A program made the position numbers and the translations under genes. From the NCBI GenBank assembly GCA_050013255.1, contig JBEKFP010000001.1:1-64000 (forward strand): DNA of 64,000 nt, in the 5' to 3' direction. The notes beneath the pieces were generated by a model that saw only the letters and a program-made list of their open reading frames with translations, searched no databases and had not been told where the DNA came from. Positions 31,784-41,070 of the stretch are shown here, piece by piece; within the stretch, counting starts at the first letter, position 1, and each line of letters starts with the position of its first letter. The DNA is from Candidatus Bathyarchaeia archaeon (GTDB lineage: Archaea; Thermoproteota; Bathyarchaeia; 40CM-2-53-6).

Positions 31784-32627
31784 GAAATTCAAGGCGAAGC
31801 CAAGCCAACTAGCCCCTGAAATCTCCGCCATAGCTCTCGCAGGACTGCTGACGTTTGGCCTTCAATCATCCAATGCACCCATCGTTCCCATAACCATCTT
31901 CCCAGAGACAACAAGCGGGATTACGCTGAACGCCGGCATCTTCGTGGTTCTGATGGCCGCTATGGGTACCATTATGTACCTGTTCATAAAATTCGGGTTG
32001 AAACGCCTAGTCAGATACATGATTAACCTCGCTCTCTTCGCCCTCCTATTCTTCCTGATAACATGGTACGGATCATTGTACGCAAACTACTTGCCTTCCT
32101 TCGTGACCTCGACAAGCTGGGGCTGGCTCCTCGTCAGCCTCCTAGGGGCCGTTGGATTAGGGCTTCTGATCTACAAGGCGAAGGGGGCACTGCATTTGCT
32201 TGGCATAGTTCTGATCGGCGGACTCACTGGGACATTTCTCGGCGTGTCCATACCCACATTAACGGCGGTCGTGCTCTTGCTAGCCTTAGCGGGCTATGAC
32301 CTCTTCGCAGTCTACAAGGGCCCAATAGGGAAGATGGCTGAATCAACCAACCTCGAAGAATTCACGGGCGCCGTTTTTACGTACGGTGATTTGACGGTGG
32401 GGATGGGGGATATGGTGTTCTACTCTATGCTCGCGAGCAACTCAATGATGAATTTTGGGCCGATCCCATTCCTCGCCGCGGCTGTTGGTTTGGTAATTGG
32501 TGCTTACCTTGGGTTCAAGATGCTTGAAGGGCGGGACATGTTTCCAGGCCTGCCGTTCGCCATAATTCTCGGATTAGTGTTCATGTATGTTGCTTCACAA
32601 ATCTTGATCATGCTAAAACCAACCTGA
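31776..32627 (+). CDS. presenilin-like GxGD intramembrane aspartyl protease
   Basis: Multi-TM; YD, GMGD and PGLP motifs. Confidence 0.88.
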   Translation: MGKKFKAKPSQLAPEISAIALAGLLTFGLQSSNAPIVPITIFPETTSGITLNAGIFVVLMAAMGTIMYLFIKFGLKRLVRYMINLALFALLFFLITWYGSLYANYLPSFVTSTSWGWLLVSLLGAVGLGLLIYKAKGALHLLGIVLIGGLTGTFLGVSIPTLTAVVLLLALAGYDLFAVYKGPIGKMAESTNLEEFTGAVFTYGDLTVGMGDMVFYSMLASNSMMNFGPIPFLAAAVGLVIGAYLGFKMLEGRDMFPGLPFAIILGLVFMYVASQILIMLKPT

Positions 32628-32986
32628 GCGAACACATTCTCCATTACCAGTAGGAATGGGTTACATATTCTCGTTGCAGAGGAAAAGCAACACGATTTAA
32701 GCCAAGGTCAGGTCGGAAATCGGAGCTTCCTCCCACCAAATCGGCCCAAAAGAGGGTTCTGTTGGGTTCTAGGGGCTTAGGCTAGGGTGGATAGGTTAGG
32801 GTGGTGCCACCCTTCGAGGGGTGGTGCCAAACGGTGCCAAGCGAAGGTAAATCAACCTCTCTTGACCCCAAAAAATGCACCACCCCCCTGGGGGGTCCCT
32901 CCAAGCGTGCGCGCACTCTTCTCCGCCTACTATCCCATAAAACTACACCACCCACCCCCCCGCCGCCAAAAACCCGCATTATTGGC

Positions 32987-33244
32987 CTATCTTCCGGCCT
33001 TGATCTTTTGCCTGAGCTTAATATTCGCAAGCCTGTCCCAGTTTCGAACAATTCGGGGAATATCGTACCCGCATACCTCAACTATGCCTGGGTAAGGGTC
33101 GGTAGTTGGGGCCGTTCTGATTCCAAGGAATTTGGAACAAACAAAGAAGAAGTACGCCCTGCTCTTCGTTGTTACCGCGAATAGAATTCCCGTCCTTTCA
33201 ATGAGCAGTTTGAGCATTGTTCGCTCGTAGATCAGCTTCCTCAT
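32987..33244 (-). CDS. hypothetical protein
   Basis: ATG overlaps the upstream stop codon (ATGA). Confidence 0.35.
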   Translation of the reverse strand: MRKLIYERTMLKLLIERTGILFAVTTKSRAYFFFVCSKFLGIRTAPTTDPYPGIVEVCGYDIPRIVRNWDRLANIKLRQKIKAGR

Positions 33245-33999
33245 CCTTCGCCACTCACGCCTCTTTTCATTCGAAGCCAAGGCTCAGGTTTCACGAAACC
33301 GTATAGAAATTTCAGGTAGAACACTGGTACGTATAGGATGTTCTTCACGTTCCTACTGTTGAGGCTTAGCAGTAGGATCACTTTGAGGGCAAACAAGAGT
33401 TCTCTAGGCTTCGAGTCAGGTAGCACCCTCGTGTTCGCTCCTTCCCACTCGGGTTTGAATTCTCTAAATTGCGAACGATGAACCATCGAATCAAGAACGT
33501 AGTACGTTTTGAGTTTCTGCTCGTCGAGGCGCCTTTGAATGAAATAAGTCTCCCGAGCATCGATATAATCCGGCACAACCTTACCCAAGAAATTGTTCCT
33601 ACGCAGGACAAGTAGACTTGCAGGTAGTCCATACCGAAAACGGTGCCCCATAGCCATCCCCACTACCGCACCATACCCCCTATCCCGAAGGATACTCAGC
33701 GCCAGATCAAAGAAATCGGCTCTCACAATCTCGACGTCACTGTCAACGAAAACGATGTATTCGGTGGTCGCTAATTCAAAACAAAGCTGTCTTGCTCGCC
33801 CCAACCCCTCTCGCTCGGAAAATATCTCCGCATTGAATCTTCTTGCGATCTGAATTGTTCCATCGTCGCTATGGTGATCGACAACTAGGAGCCGTGAATC
33901 AGGAGTGAGCCTTCTGATACTTCCTAGACATTGTTCCAGCGTCTTTGCTGAATTGTAGCTGCAGACACAGAAAGTGAGTCCTTTCACCTCCTTCAACAT
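33241..33999 (-). CDS. GT2 glycosyltransferase
   Basis: SYNS, VDHHSDDGT, FVDSD. Confidence 0.88.
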   Translation of the reverse strand: MLKEVKGLTFCVCSYNSAKTLEQCLGSIRRLTPDSRLLVVDHHSDDGTIQIARRFNAEIFSEREGLGRARQLCFELATTEYIVFVDSDVEIVRADFFDLALSILRDRGYGAVVGMAMGHRFRYGLPASLLVLRRNNFLGKVVPDYIDARETYFIQRRLDEQKLKTYYVLDSMVHRSQFREFKPEWEGANTRVLPDSKPRELLFALKVILLLSLNSRNVKNILYVPVFYLKFLYGFVKPEPWLRMKRGVSGEG

Positions 34000-35237
34000 G
34001 CCGCTCTCCGCCTGTACACAGCTAGAAAATGGTCGCCCAAACGGTTCATCGGGAATATTGTCCCGAGCTTGAAATCTACTGATTTCCACAACCCAAACAG
34101 CTTTCCAGGTGGCAGAAACTTTGTTAGGTTCGAAGGCGGAAGCGTAATCACAACGCCATAGACTTTCTTCAGCTCGAAATATGGGTCAACGATTTTTCCA
34201 AGTGATGCCACGGAGAACGCGTTTGTTGCAACACAAAACCTAGACTTGCCTACAGGTACGGGGTTGCGTAGCCTCGCGAACGCAAGTCTCGGCTTCAACT
34301 TGAACGTGTAGCCAAGAATCTCGTAGAGGCAGTATTTGTTCCAAACACCGAGAATCAGGGGCGCCTCCTCCTTCAGAATATCGTTGAGAACACGTACCGA
34401 TTGATGCAATCGAGGCTCTGTGTTTATCGCGCCATAGGTCGAATAGGCCCCATCGATTCTTGAGAAGCCAAGGTTCGCTATTTTGTCTTTCAGATCGACT
34501 GGCCTTGACCAGACGCATAACACATTATCCGAGAGCCCTGCCTTTTCCGCCTTTGATTTGAGTACCTCGACCATTTTGCTGGAAATGTCTGTCGCAATTA
34601 CTCTTACCCCGGCCTTTGCAAGGCTCAATGTCTCCGTGCCGGTACCGCATCCAATTTCCAGGACTGTATCCCCCGGTTTGAAGAACTCCATCATAACTGA
34701 GACGGAGACGTTACGGAGCCATGTGTTGATTGGGTTTCCGAATATGTGCCTGTCATAATCCTCTGCGACGGCGTCGAAGGCCGCTTCGAGGTCGCCGTAA
34801 ATTATTTCATCAAAACTAGTGGAGGCCCACTCGTTGACGAAAAGTTCAACGTAACTATGCTGGCCCTTGTAATATTGATTCACAACTGCTTTTCCGTATT
34901 TTCGGGTGAATATTGCAAGTAGCGGGTCGTCAAGTCCCGTTATTTGCTTTATGTGTCCTTCGCAATTGAAGATCCGGTTCTGGAAGAACAGCCTTGCTTT
35001 CACATTCCCTTGCAGATTCAGAAACCAGGCGTGCTTCCCTGACCTTCCTGGAAAAACAATGATCCTAACTCCCACTGAAACATACCTGAGCAGAACCTGA
35101 TGTGGCTTTCCACTCTTGCGACCAATGGTTTCAAGTCGGATGTACTGATTCTGGCCGGGTGAGGAATCTATGCCCGATTTAGATGATATCCACGGTTCCC
35201 GCGTTCTTTGAATTTCGCTTTCTCTAAGCTTCTCCAT
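33993..35237 (-). CDS. deazaflavin-dependent nitroreductase-like split-barrel domain fused to class I SAM methyltransferase
   Basis: LETIGRKSGKPH...WFLNL; VLEIGCGTG, TDISSKM. Confidence 0.82.
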   Translation of the reverse strand: MEKLRESEIQRTREPWISSKSGIDSSPGQNQYIRLETIGRKSGKPHQVLLRYVSVGVRIIVFPGRSGKHAWFLNLQGNVKARLFFQNRIFNCEGHIKQITGLDDPLLAIFTRKYGKAVVNQYYKGQHSYVELFVNEWASTSFDEIIYGDLEAAFDAVAEDYDRHIFGNPINTWLRNVSVSVMMEFFKPGDTVLEIGCGTGTETLSLAKAGVRVIATDISSKMVEVLKSKAEKAGLSDNVLCVWSRPVDLKDKIANLGFSRIDGAYSTYGAINTEPRLHQSVRVLNDILKEEAPLILGVWNKYCLYEILGYTFKLKPRLAFARLRNPVPVGKSRFCVATNAFSVASLGKIVDPYFELKKVYGVVITLPPSNLTKFLPPGKLFGLWKSVDFKLGTIFPMNRLGDHFLAVYRRRAAC

Positions 35238-35331
35238 CTAGCCCTCGACCTCTGTAACTTTCAGCTCAATTTCCGGCTCAGTTCCCACAGAATGCTAAGT
35301 TCATCACAGCTGATAAGAGATATTGACTTGC

Positions 35332-36288
35332 CTAGGATTTAGTTCCGTACCTCTTCCACAAGGCGTGCTTCCTTGTCGACCCGACATTGTCTAGCATTGC
35401 GAGGAACACCGACACCACTTCACCAATCATTGATACAGGTAAGGCGATAATCAACCTCGGATTGTCTGACAGGGTTCTAATGAGGATTGATAAACTGAGA
35501 ACTGGATTTGAGGCTAGCATTGACTCTAGGGTCTTTGGTGATTTGCCGACCTTTTTCCAAATCTGAAGGTGGCCGTAAACGATTCTGCGACGCTGGCGGA
35601 TGACATCCACGAAGTTCTTAGGAACATCGATCTTGACCTTAGCAGTTTGGCAAAACCCAATTGTGTAGCCGGCGAGGTATGCCGTTCCTGCCAGGTACGC
35701 GCCGTCGTTTACCGTATCCGGTGGCAGTTCATGAAGGGCTTCTCCTCGAAGCACCAAGAGTTCGTCACAGCACCGATTGTTAAGATCGTCGACATTTAGC
35801 TCTCGCAAGAACTCGTTATGTACTCCCCACATCAGTTCCAGCACACTACCGGCGAGCCCCGCTCCACCACTCACGATTGGGAGGCCGGAAACCATCCCTA
35901 TCTTCTCGTCCCGCATTATTTCATTCAGCAACCTAGAAATCGCACCTCTCTCAGGGAGAGCGTCGGAATTTACTAGAACCAAGAACTGGCCGTCGAAATT
36001 CTGAATGATCTGATTTATCGCAACGGATTTTCCCCTCCGTATGGGTTCCTCAATCAGCACGAAACGCCGGTCTCGCCGCGCTAGCTCCCGGGCGAAAAGA
36101 AGCGCGCTGGCGTCACAGCCACTTGCAACCAGAACCACCTTCTTTAGCATTAGGCCAGAGGGGTATGATTCAGTCTCGATGAGATCTAGAAGCCTCTCCA
36201 AATTTGCAGCCGAATCCGCAGCACAGATGCCAATCGAAAAACCCACGTCAAGCCTGATATTTTCAGGTAGCACAACACTCTGGCTCAT
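35332..36288 (-). CDS. GT2 glycosyltransferase
   Basis: RGKSVAIN, NSDA, VNDG, RQRRRI. Confidence 0.85.
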   Translation of the reverse strand: MSQSVVLPENIRLDVGFSIGICAADSAANLERLLDLIETESYPSGLMLKKVVLVASGCDASALLFARELARRDRRFVLIEEPIRRGKSVAINQIIQNFDGQFLVLVNSDALPERGAISRLLNEIMRDEKIGMVSGLPIVSGGAGLAGSVLELMWGVHNEFLRELNVDDLNNRCCDELLVLRGEALHELPPDTVNDGAYLAGTAYLAGYTIGFCQTAKVKIDVPKNFVDVIRQRRRIVYGHLQIWKKVGKSPKTLESMLASNPVLSLSILIRTLSDNPRLIIALPVSMIGEVVSVFLAMLDNVGSTRKHALWKRYGTKS

Positions 36289-36321
36289 AGCACCAAACCA
36301 AACCGCCTGTCCGAGAACAGG

Positions 36322-37278
36322 TTATTCTTCCCACATCGCGCGGAGCCATTCATAGAAATTTGATGTATAGACACACGAGACTGCGCTTATCTTTGGTTCA
36401 AATACACGGAAGTTTTGCCCCTGCGATTTTAGTCTTAAGTTGGTCAGGTATGCCCTGATGCGTAGATATCGGCTCAGGAAAACGTAAGCCATGGCTTCGG
36501 CCCAGTCTAGTGGGAAAGAAAACCACTTTGACCTGTCCCTGGTCTCTACCCTCCGCTCATCAGTCCCATCCTTCAACTCTATGAGCTTCGCAGCGTAGGG
36601 TACCGAATAGAAAACTCCGACCCAGTCGTTACTTTCTAAAATCTTCTTGTATTGATCCACGCCCGCAACAGGTCTTGCTTTGAGAAGTTCGCGGGCAAAT
36701 AGTGGGTTCCTCCTGTTCATTTGAGATTCATGTTCGAAACCTTCCTCGTCGTGGACGTAGCTCAAACAAAAGGGCGACAGGTGAGGAGGCCGCAGGTCTA
36801 GGAGCTTGTTCAACCTAACAAGGACCAATGTCATGAATGCGCTGAGCCAGAGCCTATTTCGCCTTGTGACGATGAACAGGTCGATGTCATCCCATTTATC
36901 GGCGCTCCCGTACGCTACGCTGCCAGTAACAGCAACGGTTCGAATGAAAGGAACCGCCCGTCTCAAAACTCCAGCAAAGCTTGCCGCAGAACCTAACTTT
37001 GCAGCGGACATCTTCTCCCTTTCCAAGCGGGAGGAGTCTAACTGGTTCGGGTTTGTGAGCAAGTATCCATCTTTGATATAGAAGTGAATATCAGGAAATT
37101 TTGTTCCGGCTAATATAGACCGAAGTTGTTCCGCCGTGAGGTTTCTCCTTGGGAGAAAGTAGTTCGCTACCTCGTCCAATGTGAACGGAAACTTGAGGTA
37201 CTCGGATACTCTGAACACCTTCCACAGCCCATCGTAAATGTCGTCTGCTTGATCTTGCACTGGGAAGGTTTCTTGCAA
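36322..37278 (-). CDS. Pol-beta-superfamily nucleotidyltransferase-domain protein
   Basis: VTGSVAYG...DDIDLFIV. Confidence 0.8.
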   Translation of the reverse strand: MQETFPVQDQADDIYDGLWKVFRVSEYLKFPFTLDEVANYFLPRRNLTAEQLRSILAGTKFPDIHFYIKDGYLLTNPNQLDSSRLEREKMSAAKLGSAASFAGVLRRAVPFIRTVAVTGSVAYGSADKWDDIDLFIVTRRNRLWLSAFMTLVLVRLNKLLDLRPPHLSPFCLSYVHDEEGFEHESQMNRRNPLFARELLKARPVAGVDQYKKILESNDWVGVFYSVPYAAKLIELKDGTDERRVETRDRSKWFSFPLDWAEAMAYVFLSRYLRIRAYLTNLRLKSQGQNFRVFEPKISAVSCVYTSNFYEWLRAMWEE

Positions 37279-37492
37279 CTTAGTTCATCCTCAAGGAATG
37301 GTTCTTGCCTGCGCTAACTCGGGCGCGTTCGCTTGGCACGATATAAAAGAATTACTACTACAATCGTAGTACCTTGGTTGTTCAATCGCACAAGCGGTGC
37401 TGGCTGATTTTGATTGATGAAAACTCATAGAAATTGATTCTTCCATAGAACAAGAATTATTTCCTCAGAAGACTTTCCGTGTCAGAATCACG

Positions 37493-37642
37493 ATGCCATC
37501 ACTCTCATTAAGAAGACTAGGGGCACTTCTAGGAATAATTGACATACTAGAGCTCGGGATACTACTCACCGACCAGATTTTACGAGGAGCAACTGACCAC
37601 TTCTACGCGCTCATTCTCTTCGTTATCATTGACTTCGTCTGA
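37493..37642 (+). pseudogene. truncated paralogue of the membrane protein at 43935-44429
   Basis: LLTDQILRGATDHFYALILFVIIDF vs LALDNVLRTFATLHYYALLAFVVVDI; stops after 49 aa. Confidence 0.6.
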
Positions 37643-37851
37643 CTATCCGACTGCTTGGGCAAACCTCGCATCTTTCTACGTATTTGGTTTACGCGGCTCG
37701 TTATTCACGGAAGGTGACGTATACATGTATGCTGCATGGAACTGATAGTGAAGTAGTCGTATGCCTTGCCTACGTCCTTGCGATGCACTACAATAGGTCG
37801 TTCATTCAGACTATTTCGTGAGGCGATTTAGCAAACATTAAGGCTTTTTCC

Positions 37852-37987
37852 TGTGTGTGCGCGCACACACACTAAAACGACGGTTCAAATTCCGTTGCCC
37901 GCACCATTAGAGCGCACACACACTAAACTACGAACGACGACGATTCAAATTACGACGCCCGCACCATCGATGGCACCCCCAAAAAAA
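37852..37987 (+). repeat. site A: 20-bp palindrome plus two tandem TTCAAAT-N5-YGCCCGCACCA units
   Basis: TGTGTGTGCGCGCACACACA; GCGCACACACACTAAA occurs twice. Confidence 0.85.
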
Positions 37988-38012
37988 CAATTCAAGCTAC
38001 TATTCCGATTAG

Positions 38013-39086
38013 TTACTCTTTCTCAATATCAGCAGCCAGTTTGCGAGTGCCCTGGGCATACATCTTCAGATTCCTCAATTCCTTCTGAGGATGATCTACG
38101 AGTTTCCATTCCTCACCTTCCCGGATGAACGTCCCTAACGATTGACCTGCAAAACTACGTTCAACAGCATAGATTGTTCCTTCACGGAACGTGGCATTTG
38201 GGAATAATTGTTTCAGAGAGGCCTCAGCAATATGATGTTCCGTACTAATCGGCAGTTCTATGAAAGGGGGTGCAAATCCTGATCCCCGCTTCAAGCCACC
38301 GGCCAACTCTGCCATGCTCGATAAGGAGACGGGAAACTTCGCCAGTTCAGCAGCTACCTCACCAGCTTTAATCACATCCTTAAACTCTGGGCGCATTACG
38401 AGATTCCTAATTGCTCGTTCCAGTCTATGCAGTAGGACCGCTGGATGACGAACAAGACCAAGCCTTCCAGAAGTGCTGACCACCGCGGCGTATTCACTTG
38501 AGTCTATGATTCGCCAGAAGAGATTTCGTATGTCTGCCTTTGAAACTTGACCCACTACCTCACTCTTGAACATGAGCGATGGGTCGTATCGCGAAGTGAT
38601 GAAAACAAGTTCAGCAAATCTATACCGTGCTTCACCACTGAATACACTGGTATCTATTTGCGGTGCAAAACACATTACGTGACCTAGCGAGTCGGATGCT
38701 ATTGCCGCTCCATACTTGCATCCGAGCGCTAGATTGTAGAGCATGTCTGAGGCGAAATTTAGAAAAAGGGCCTCATGCGGCTTGCTTGTTTGGTCTTGCC
38801 ACTTGCTTGCTTGATTGCGAATCGGCAACATGAAGTCGTCCACGCGAGACAGTATTTTTCCGTCTCCATCAACCAGCTTGACTAGGTTGCGCCGCGTAGA
38901 CGGCAGCTGATCCAAAACCTCAGCAACTCTATTCCTTTCCGATGCGCTAGGAACAGGAACTATAATCTGATCGGCTCCCAAGGACGTAAGCACAATCGCG
39001 GTCGCATTTAGCATGGACACTCTTACAGGCTGTCCTGACAGCCTACCCACAGCATCGATGTGTTCAAGAACTATCGGGTTCGGCAA
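38013..39086 (-). CDS. hypothetical protein, paralogue of 41071-42153
   Basis: 357-aa ORF; shares LTSLGADQI, LYNLALGCKYGA, GEARYR, FAPPFIE with the paralogue. Confidence 0.85.
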   Translation of the reverse strand: MPNPIVLEHIDAVGRLSGQPVRVSMLNATAIVLTSLGADQIIVPVPSASERNRVAEVLDQLPSTRRNLVKLVDGDGKILSRVDDFMLPIRNQASKWQDQTSKPHEALFLNFASDMLYNLALGCKYGAAIASDSLGHVMCFAPQIDTSVFSGEARYRFAELVFITSRYDPSLMFKSEVVGQVSKADIRNLFWRIIDSSEYAAVVSTSGRLGLVRHPAVLLHRLERAIRNLVMRPEFKDVIKAGEVAAELAKFPVSLSSMAELAGGLKRGSGFAPPFIELPISTEHHIAEASLKQLFPNATFREGTIYAVERSFAGQSLGTFIREGEEWKLVDHPQKELRNLKMYAQGTRKLAADIEKE

Positions 39087-39191
39087 CTGAACAGGCTCCG
39101 GTTGTCCACAGAGATTTAGTCATCCGAGATTTCAATGAATCGAAATCGGAAGTCTATCGGCGTTGTGAGGTCACTCTAGTCCACGAAGCTT

Positions 39192-39222
39192 TGTGTGGGT
39201 CTAATGGTGCGCACACACACAC
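39192..39222 (-). repeat. site B, inverted copy of site E
   Basis: Reverse complement reads GTGTGTGTGTGCGCACCATTAGACCCACACA. Confidence 0.85.
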
Positions 39223-39428
39223 TTTGAAACGGTTGGTGTAGGTGTTTGTTGTTAGGGGAGGTGTCCCCTAACAACCCCTCCCGGCCCGGTTCCGGGAATC
39301 TGACTACCTAGCATCACTCCCCGGACCCGGCCGCATGTGTCGTTTGAGTGAAATCCGGCCCGGAATCAGACTTTGCGGACTAATGGAACCAACAGGTCGG
39401 AAGAATCAGGAGTTCGAGACTTACGATC

Positions 39429-39980
39429 TTAATTCAATACTTCCCATGCAAACACTCTGACCGCTTGATGAACTGGATGATCTAGCCTTCTGTAGTTCTC
39501 CACCCTCTTCGAAAGTTTGACTCCAATCACTTTTTCACAAATTACCTCGAAGGAATCTATCAACGGGGTGAGGCTGATCTTGGGAGGGGCATGCTCGTAC
39601 CCAATGACTGCGACAGATTTGCGCTCGGAACCTTGAAGCTGCATCAACTTGAGGCAGTCACCTATGCTACTAACGTTTCCCGGATAAGGATGTAGGAGAT
39701 TGACGGACCAGTCTTCTGCTTCCTTCCCGTTGTCTCCGAATGGGCGAACAATCTTGAACTCAACAGCCCAGTCATCTGGGATGAGTAGATCGGGAGTTCT
39801 CTTTGTGACAGCGTTAGCCTTGTACTCTGGAAGATGATTCAGATGAGCAACGATAAGCTTGAGCAGCTGAGGTTCACCGTAGGGTCCCACGCCGGGTTTG
39901 AAAGAACGGAAAGGAATCCGTGACGCATCAACCTCGACGATGGCGTCAGTCACATCGTTCATGAGGTCATAGATATCCAT
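39429..39980 (-). CDS. PD-(D/E)xK nuclease-like protein
   Basis: RTPDLL...WAVEFK motif. Confidence 0.65.
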   Translation of the reverse strand: MDIYDLMNDVTDAIVEVDASRIPFRSFKPGVGPYGEPQLLKLIVAHLNHLPEYKANAVTKRTPDLLIPDDWAVEFKIVRPFGDNGKEAEDWSVNLLHPYPGNVSSIGDCLKLMQLQGSERKSVAVIGYEHAPPKISLTPLIDSFEVICEKVIGVKLSKRVENYRRLDHPVHQAVRVFAWEVLN

Positions 39981-40031
39981 GTACCGGGAATTAGACGGAG
40001 GATTCGTATTAGAGATTTGTTAGCTTGTATC

Positions 40032-40133
40032 TGTGCGCATCTTTAGTACTCTACACACGAGAACTGCGGTTCAAATTTCGTTGCCCGCACCAGCAATACC
40101 ACACACACTTAACGAGGAACAACGGTTCAAATC
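40032..40133 (+). repeat. site C
   Basis: CGGTTCAAATTTCGTTGCCCGCACCA (40067-40092) matches 37881-37906 at 25/26 positions; followed by CACACACAC. Confidence 0.85.
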
Positions 40134-40175
40134 GTCGATTTTTTATCCAGTGTTCCACCTCTCTATCCGAGACCC

Positions 40176-40973
40176 TTGCACCCGGCTCACGAAATCCCGC
40201 AACATGGCAACCTCGTTCCGGCCTATTCGCGCTTTATCTTGCTTACCTACCTCAACCAAGTCGCTCAAACCATCTCAGCCAAGTTAACACTCGACCATAC
40301 TAGAGATGAAAGAGGACTGACGGACGATCTCATCGAAGAGCTAGTTCGATGGGATCAAACAACCCTGCCAGAATCATTGCACTATGAGGGATGGAGACTT
40401 GAGTTGCGAATGAGTAAAGTCACACAGAAGTTAGAGAGTCAATTAGGAGCAGATCTCGGCCTTATCACAACCCTTAGCACACGTATGTGTCGCGTCGAAA
40501 AGGCTCTACTTTTCCAATGCAAGCGCCTTCACCCTACAGGACAATCTGAATTCACCCCTGAATCTTGCTACGGAGACCTTATGGAAGAACATGGTCGAAA
40601 GCAGGCGACAGATATGCTTGCTCATACACCCGCGAGTTTCTTCTTATTGTTTAACCCAAGAATCTCTCACGTGCACAATGATTTGGAACTAATCAATAGC
40701 AAGCCATTGAGAGAAGATCATGGAGTCAGTCTGCACGCCGGATTCCAAGATATTCTCATATTGCCTGCTACCACGCGCATTGGAATGCATAGCACGGGAG
40801 GCCTCGAAGATTTGTTTCCATATACAACATGCTTCTCTCAATTCATCGTTCAGGACGTCTTCCAATGTAACGTAGGTGATGCGTCCGCGTTGGCGCTGGC
40901 CACTGCTAGAAACAAGAACGAGGAATTTCGTGTCCGGATTTCTCTCGAAATGGACCTGCTCTTTGAAGACTAG
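40176..40973 (+). CDS. PD-(D/E)xK-like restriction-nuclease-fold protein
   Basis: E...ESQLGADLGL...LLFQCKRL (E-x3-GAD...QxK); start uncertain. Confidence 0.6.
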   Translation: MHPAHEIPQHGNLVPAYSRFILLTYLNQVAQTISAKLTLDHTRDERGLTDDLIEELVRWDQTTLPESLHYEGWRLELRMSKVTQKLESQLGADLGLITTLSTRMCRVEKALLFQCKRLHPTGQSEFTPESCYGDLMEEHGRKQATDMLAHTPASFFLLFNPRISHVHNDLELINSKPLREDHGVSLHAGFQDILILPATTRIGMHSTGGLEDLFPYTTCFSQFIVQDVFQCNVGDASALALATARNKNEEFRVRISLEMDLLFED

Positions 40974-40990
40974 ATTTGATTTGACGTCAG

Positions 40991-41032
40991 GCATTTTCTG
41001 GGGGGGTGGGTCAGCTGGTGCGCACACACACA
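40991..41032 (-). repeat. site D, inverted
   Basis: Reverse complement reads TGTGTGTGTGCGCACCAGCTGACCCACCCCCCCAGAAAATGC. Confidence 0.75.
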
Positions 41033-41070
41033 AAGCGAGGGACTTGGTCAACGTGGCCGCGGATTTTTTC

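Noticed and set aside
32680-33000. RNase P or SRP RNA
   Set aside because: The conserved GAGGAAAGTCC / P4 and SRP helix-8 motifs were not found on either strand.
32782-33184. Pro-rich or Gly-rich ORFs in the track
   Set aside because: They are by-products of G/C homopolymer tracts, overlap each other and show no protein motifs.
39206-39233. Match to E. coli dif (GGTGCGCA)
   Set aside because: Only 8 bp match and there is no XerD-like arm; treated as coincidence.
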